From Bacillus subtilis subsp. subtilis str. 168 (GTDB taxonomy: Bacteria; Bacillota; Bacilli; Bacillales; Bacillaceae): DNA of 32,000 bases. The DNA lies in contig NC_000964.3 in assembly GCF_000009045.1 (NCBI RefSeq), forward strand, positions 2,910,001 through 2,942,000. The letters run 5' to 3'. Below, piece after piece: positions 30,697-32,000 of this stretch. The first letter of the stretch is position 1. Every line of letters starts with the position of its first letter. The notes under the pieces are model-generated. The model was given only the letters and a program-made list of their open reading frames with translations. It had not been told where the DNA came from and did not search any database. Made by a program: the position numbers and the translations under genes.

Positions 30697-31638
30697 TTAT
30701 CCCTCCCCCTTAAACGAGCCTGACAGCTTTAATGAAATCAGGCTGACAACAAGGATCACAATCAAAAGCACAATGCCGATGGCCGCTCCGTATCCCATTT
30801 CATTGTAGGCAAGTCCCTGCTGATACAAATATCCGACAAGCGTCAGACCAATATTACCCGGGGAATTATTCTGCCAAAGGACGTAGCTTTCCTCAAACAT
30901 CCTGAAGCCGCCGATGATGCTGATGGTCAGCACATATACGGTTACAGGCTTGAGAAACGGCAGCGTGATGTGCAGAAATTTTTTCATTGTATTCGCGCCG
31001 TCTATATCAGCGGCTTCGTACAGCTCTTTCGGCACATTTTGCAAACCTGCTAAAAAGTAAAGGATGTTGATTCCCATCCATCTCCATGAAGCAAGCAGCA
31101 CCATCAAAAACATGCCGGTATGTTCATTGTTCATCCAGTTCTGAGGTGAAAAGCCGAGTTTAAGTAGGATGGAATTGGCCAGAGACGTTTCCATTTCTCC
31201 GAAGATCAGCCGAAAAATGATCCCCGCGACAATGGTTGAGGTCAATGCCGGGATAAATAATGCTGATTTAAATATATTTCTAAATTTGACCAGCTTTGAA
31301 TTCAGGAATATGGCCAGAAGCAATGGAACAGGAATCAGCACGATCAGCGTCCAAAAGGTGTATTCCAGCGTATTCCAAAGGGCGGTATAGAACGTCGGGT
31401 TGTTTAGCGCTGTATAATTAGACAATCCGACAAAGGACACCTCTCCCGGCAAAATTCTTTGGAAGCTCATGATGAAGACACTAATGATGGGGTATAGAAA
31501 AAATACGAGAAAGGATAAAACGAATGGCGCTGTAAACAGATAGGGCGCCGCTTTTTTTGAATAAAACAGATCTCGCCAGCCTGATTGTTTCGCAGCTGAA
31601 GGAACGGGATGAACCGTTCCCGTTTTCACAGGTTTCAT
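30697..31638 (-). CDS. araP: ABC transporter permease for arabinose oligomers
   Basis: 313 aa; permease (MalF-like) pattern NVPKELYEAADIDGANTMKKFLHITLPFLKP. Confidence 0.95.
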   Translation of the reverse strand: MKPVKTGTVHPVPSAAKQSGWRDLFYSKKAAPYLFTAPFVLSFLVFFLYPIISVFIMSFQRILPGEVSFVGLSNYTALNNPTFYTALWNTLEYTFWTLIVLIPVPLLLAIFLNSKLVKFRNIFKSALFIPALTSTIVAGIIFRLIFGEMETSLANSILLKLGFSPQNWMNNEHTGMFLMVLLASWRWMGINILYFLAGLQNVPKELYEAADIDGANTMKKFLHITLPFLKPVTVYVLTISIIGGFRMFEESYVLWQNNSPGNIGLTLVGYLYQQGLAYNEMGYGAAIGIVLLIVILVVSLISLKLSGSFKGEG

Positions 31639-31673
31639 GAGAACCTCCCCGCTTTCACTTTTTGAATGGGATT

Positions 31674-32000
31674 CTATTTCTGTTTCAGTTCACCTGCCGC
31701 TCTGTCCAAGGCTTGTTTAGGCGTTTTTTGCTGAGATTTAAGCGCGTCGAACAATACGCTTCTGTTGACAAGGTCTGAAGCCTTGGCAAAATCCTCATGT
31801 AAATAAATTGGATTGATTTCATCCTTGATATCGAGCAGCACAGAAAAAATGCCTGTTCCGTTTTGGAAGTAATCCGTGTATTTGTTTTTCTCTTTCAATT
31901 CCTTGGAGCTCCAAACATCCCAGCGAAGCGGGTCAAAGCCGAGTACGCTCCAGAGTTTTTTATTTCCTTCTTCAGAGCCCTTCGCAAAGGCCAAAAACTC
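31674..32000 (-). CDS. araN: Arabinooligosaccharide-binding lipoprotein, C-terminal part only (runs off window)
   Basis: C-terminal EFLAFAKGSEEGNKKLWSVLGFDPLRWDVW...; position directly upstream of araP/araQ. Confidence 0.9.
   Translation of the reverse strand, partial: EFLAFAKGSEEGNKKLWSVLGFDPLRWDVWSSKELKEKNKYTDYFQNGTGIFSVLLDIKDEINPIYLHEDFAKASDLVNRSVLFDALKSQQKTPKQALDRAAGELKQK

Overview
This 32 kb window matches the conserved Bacillus subtilis-group chromosome. Gene order, with partial genes marked: lysC (partial) - uvrC - trxA - xsa - etfA - etfB - fadB - fadR - lcfA - yshE - mutSB - polX - yshB - zapA | rnhC | pheT - pheS - ysgA | sspI - ysfB - glcD - glcF | ysfE - cstA - abfA - araQ - araP - araN (partial). 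Most genes are on the minus strand. The plus-strand genes are rnhC, sspI, ysfB, glcD and glcF. Recognisable cis elements are a lysine riboswitch with terminator ahead of lysC, a Phe T-box leader ahead of pheS, AraR-like boxes and a cre-like site ahead of xsa, a FadR-type palindrome ahead of fadR, and many intrinsic terminators. I found no phage, transposon, CRISPR array, defence island or clearly new system. The observations most worth a second look are two unlisted very short hydrophobic ORFs (23 aa at 3483-3554 and 26 aa at 10421-10501, both minus), a one-nucleotide frameshift in an A6/T6 tract that splits a glyoxalase/VOC gene (ysfE) just downstream of cstA, and an internal FadR-type promoter/operator between lcfA and fadR. 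Gene identities come from recalled family and synteny knowledge; no database search was run.
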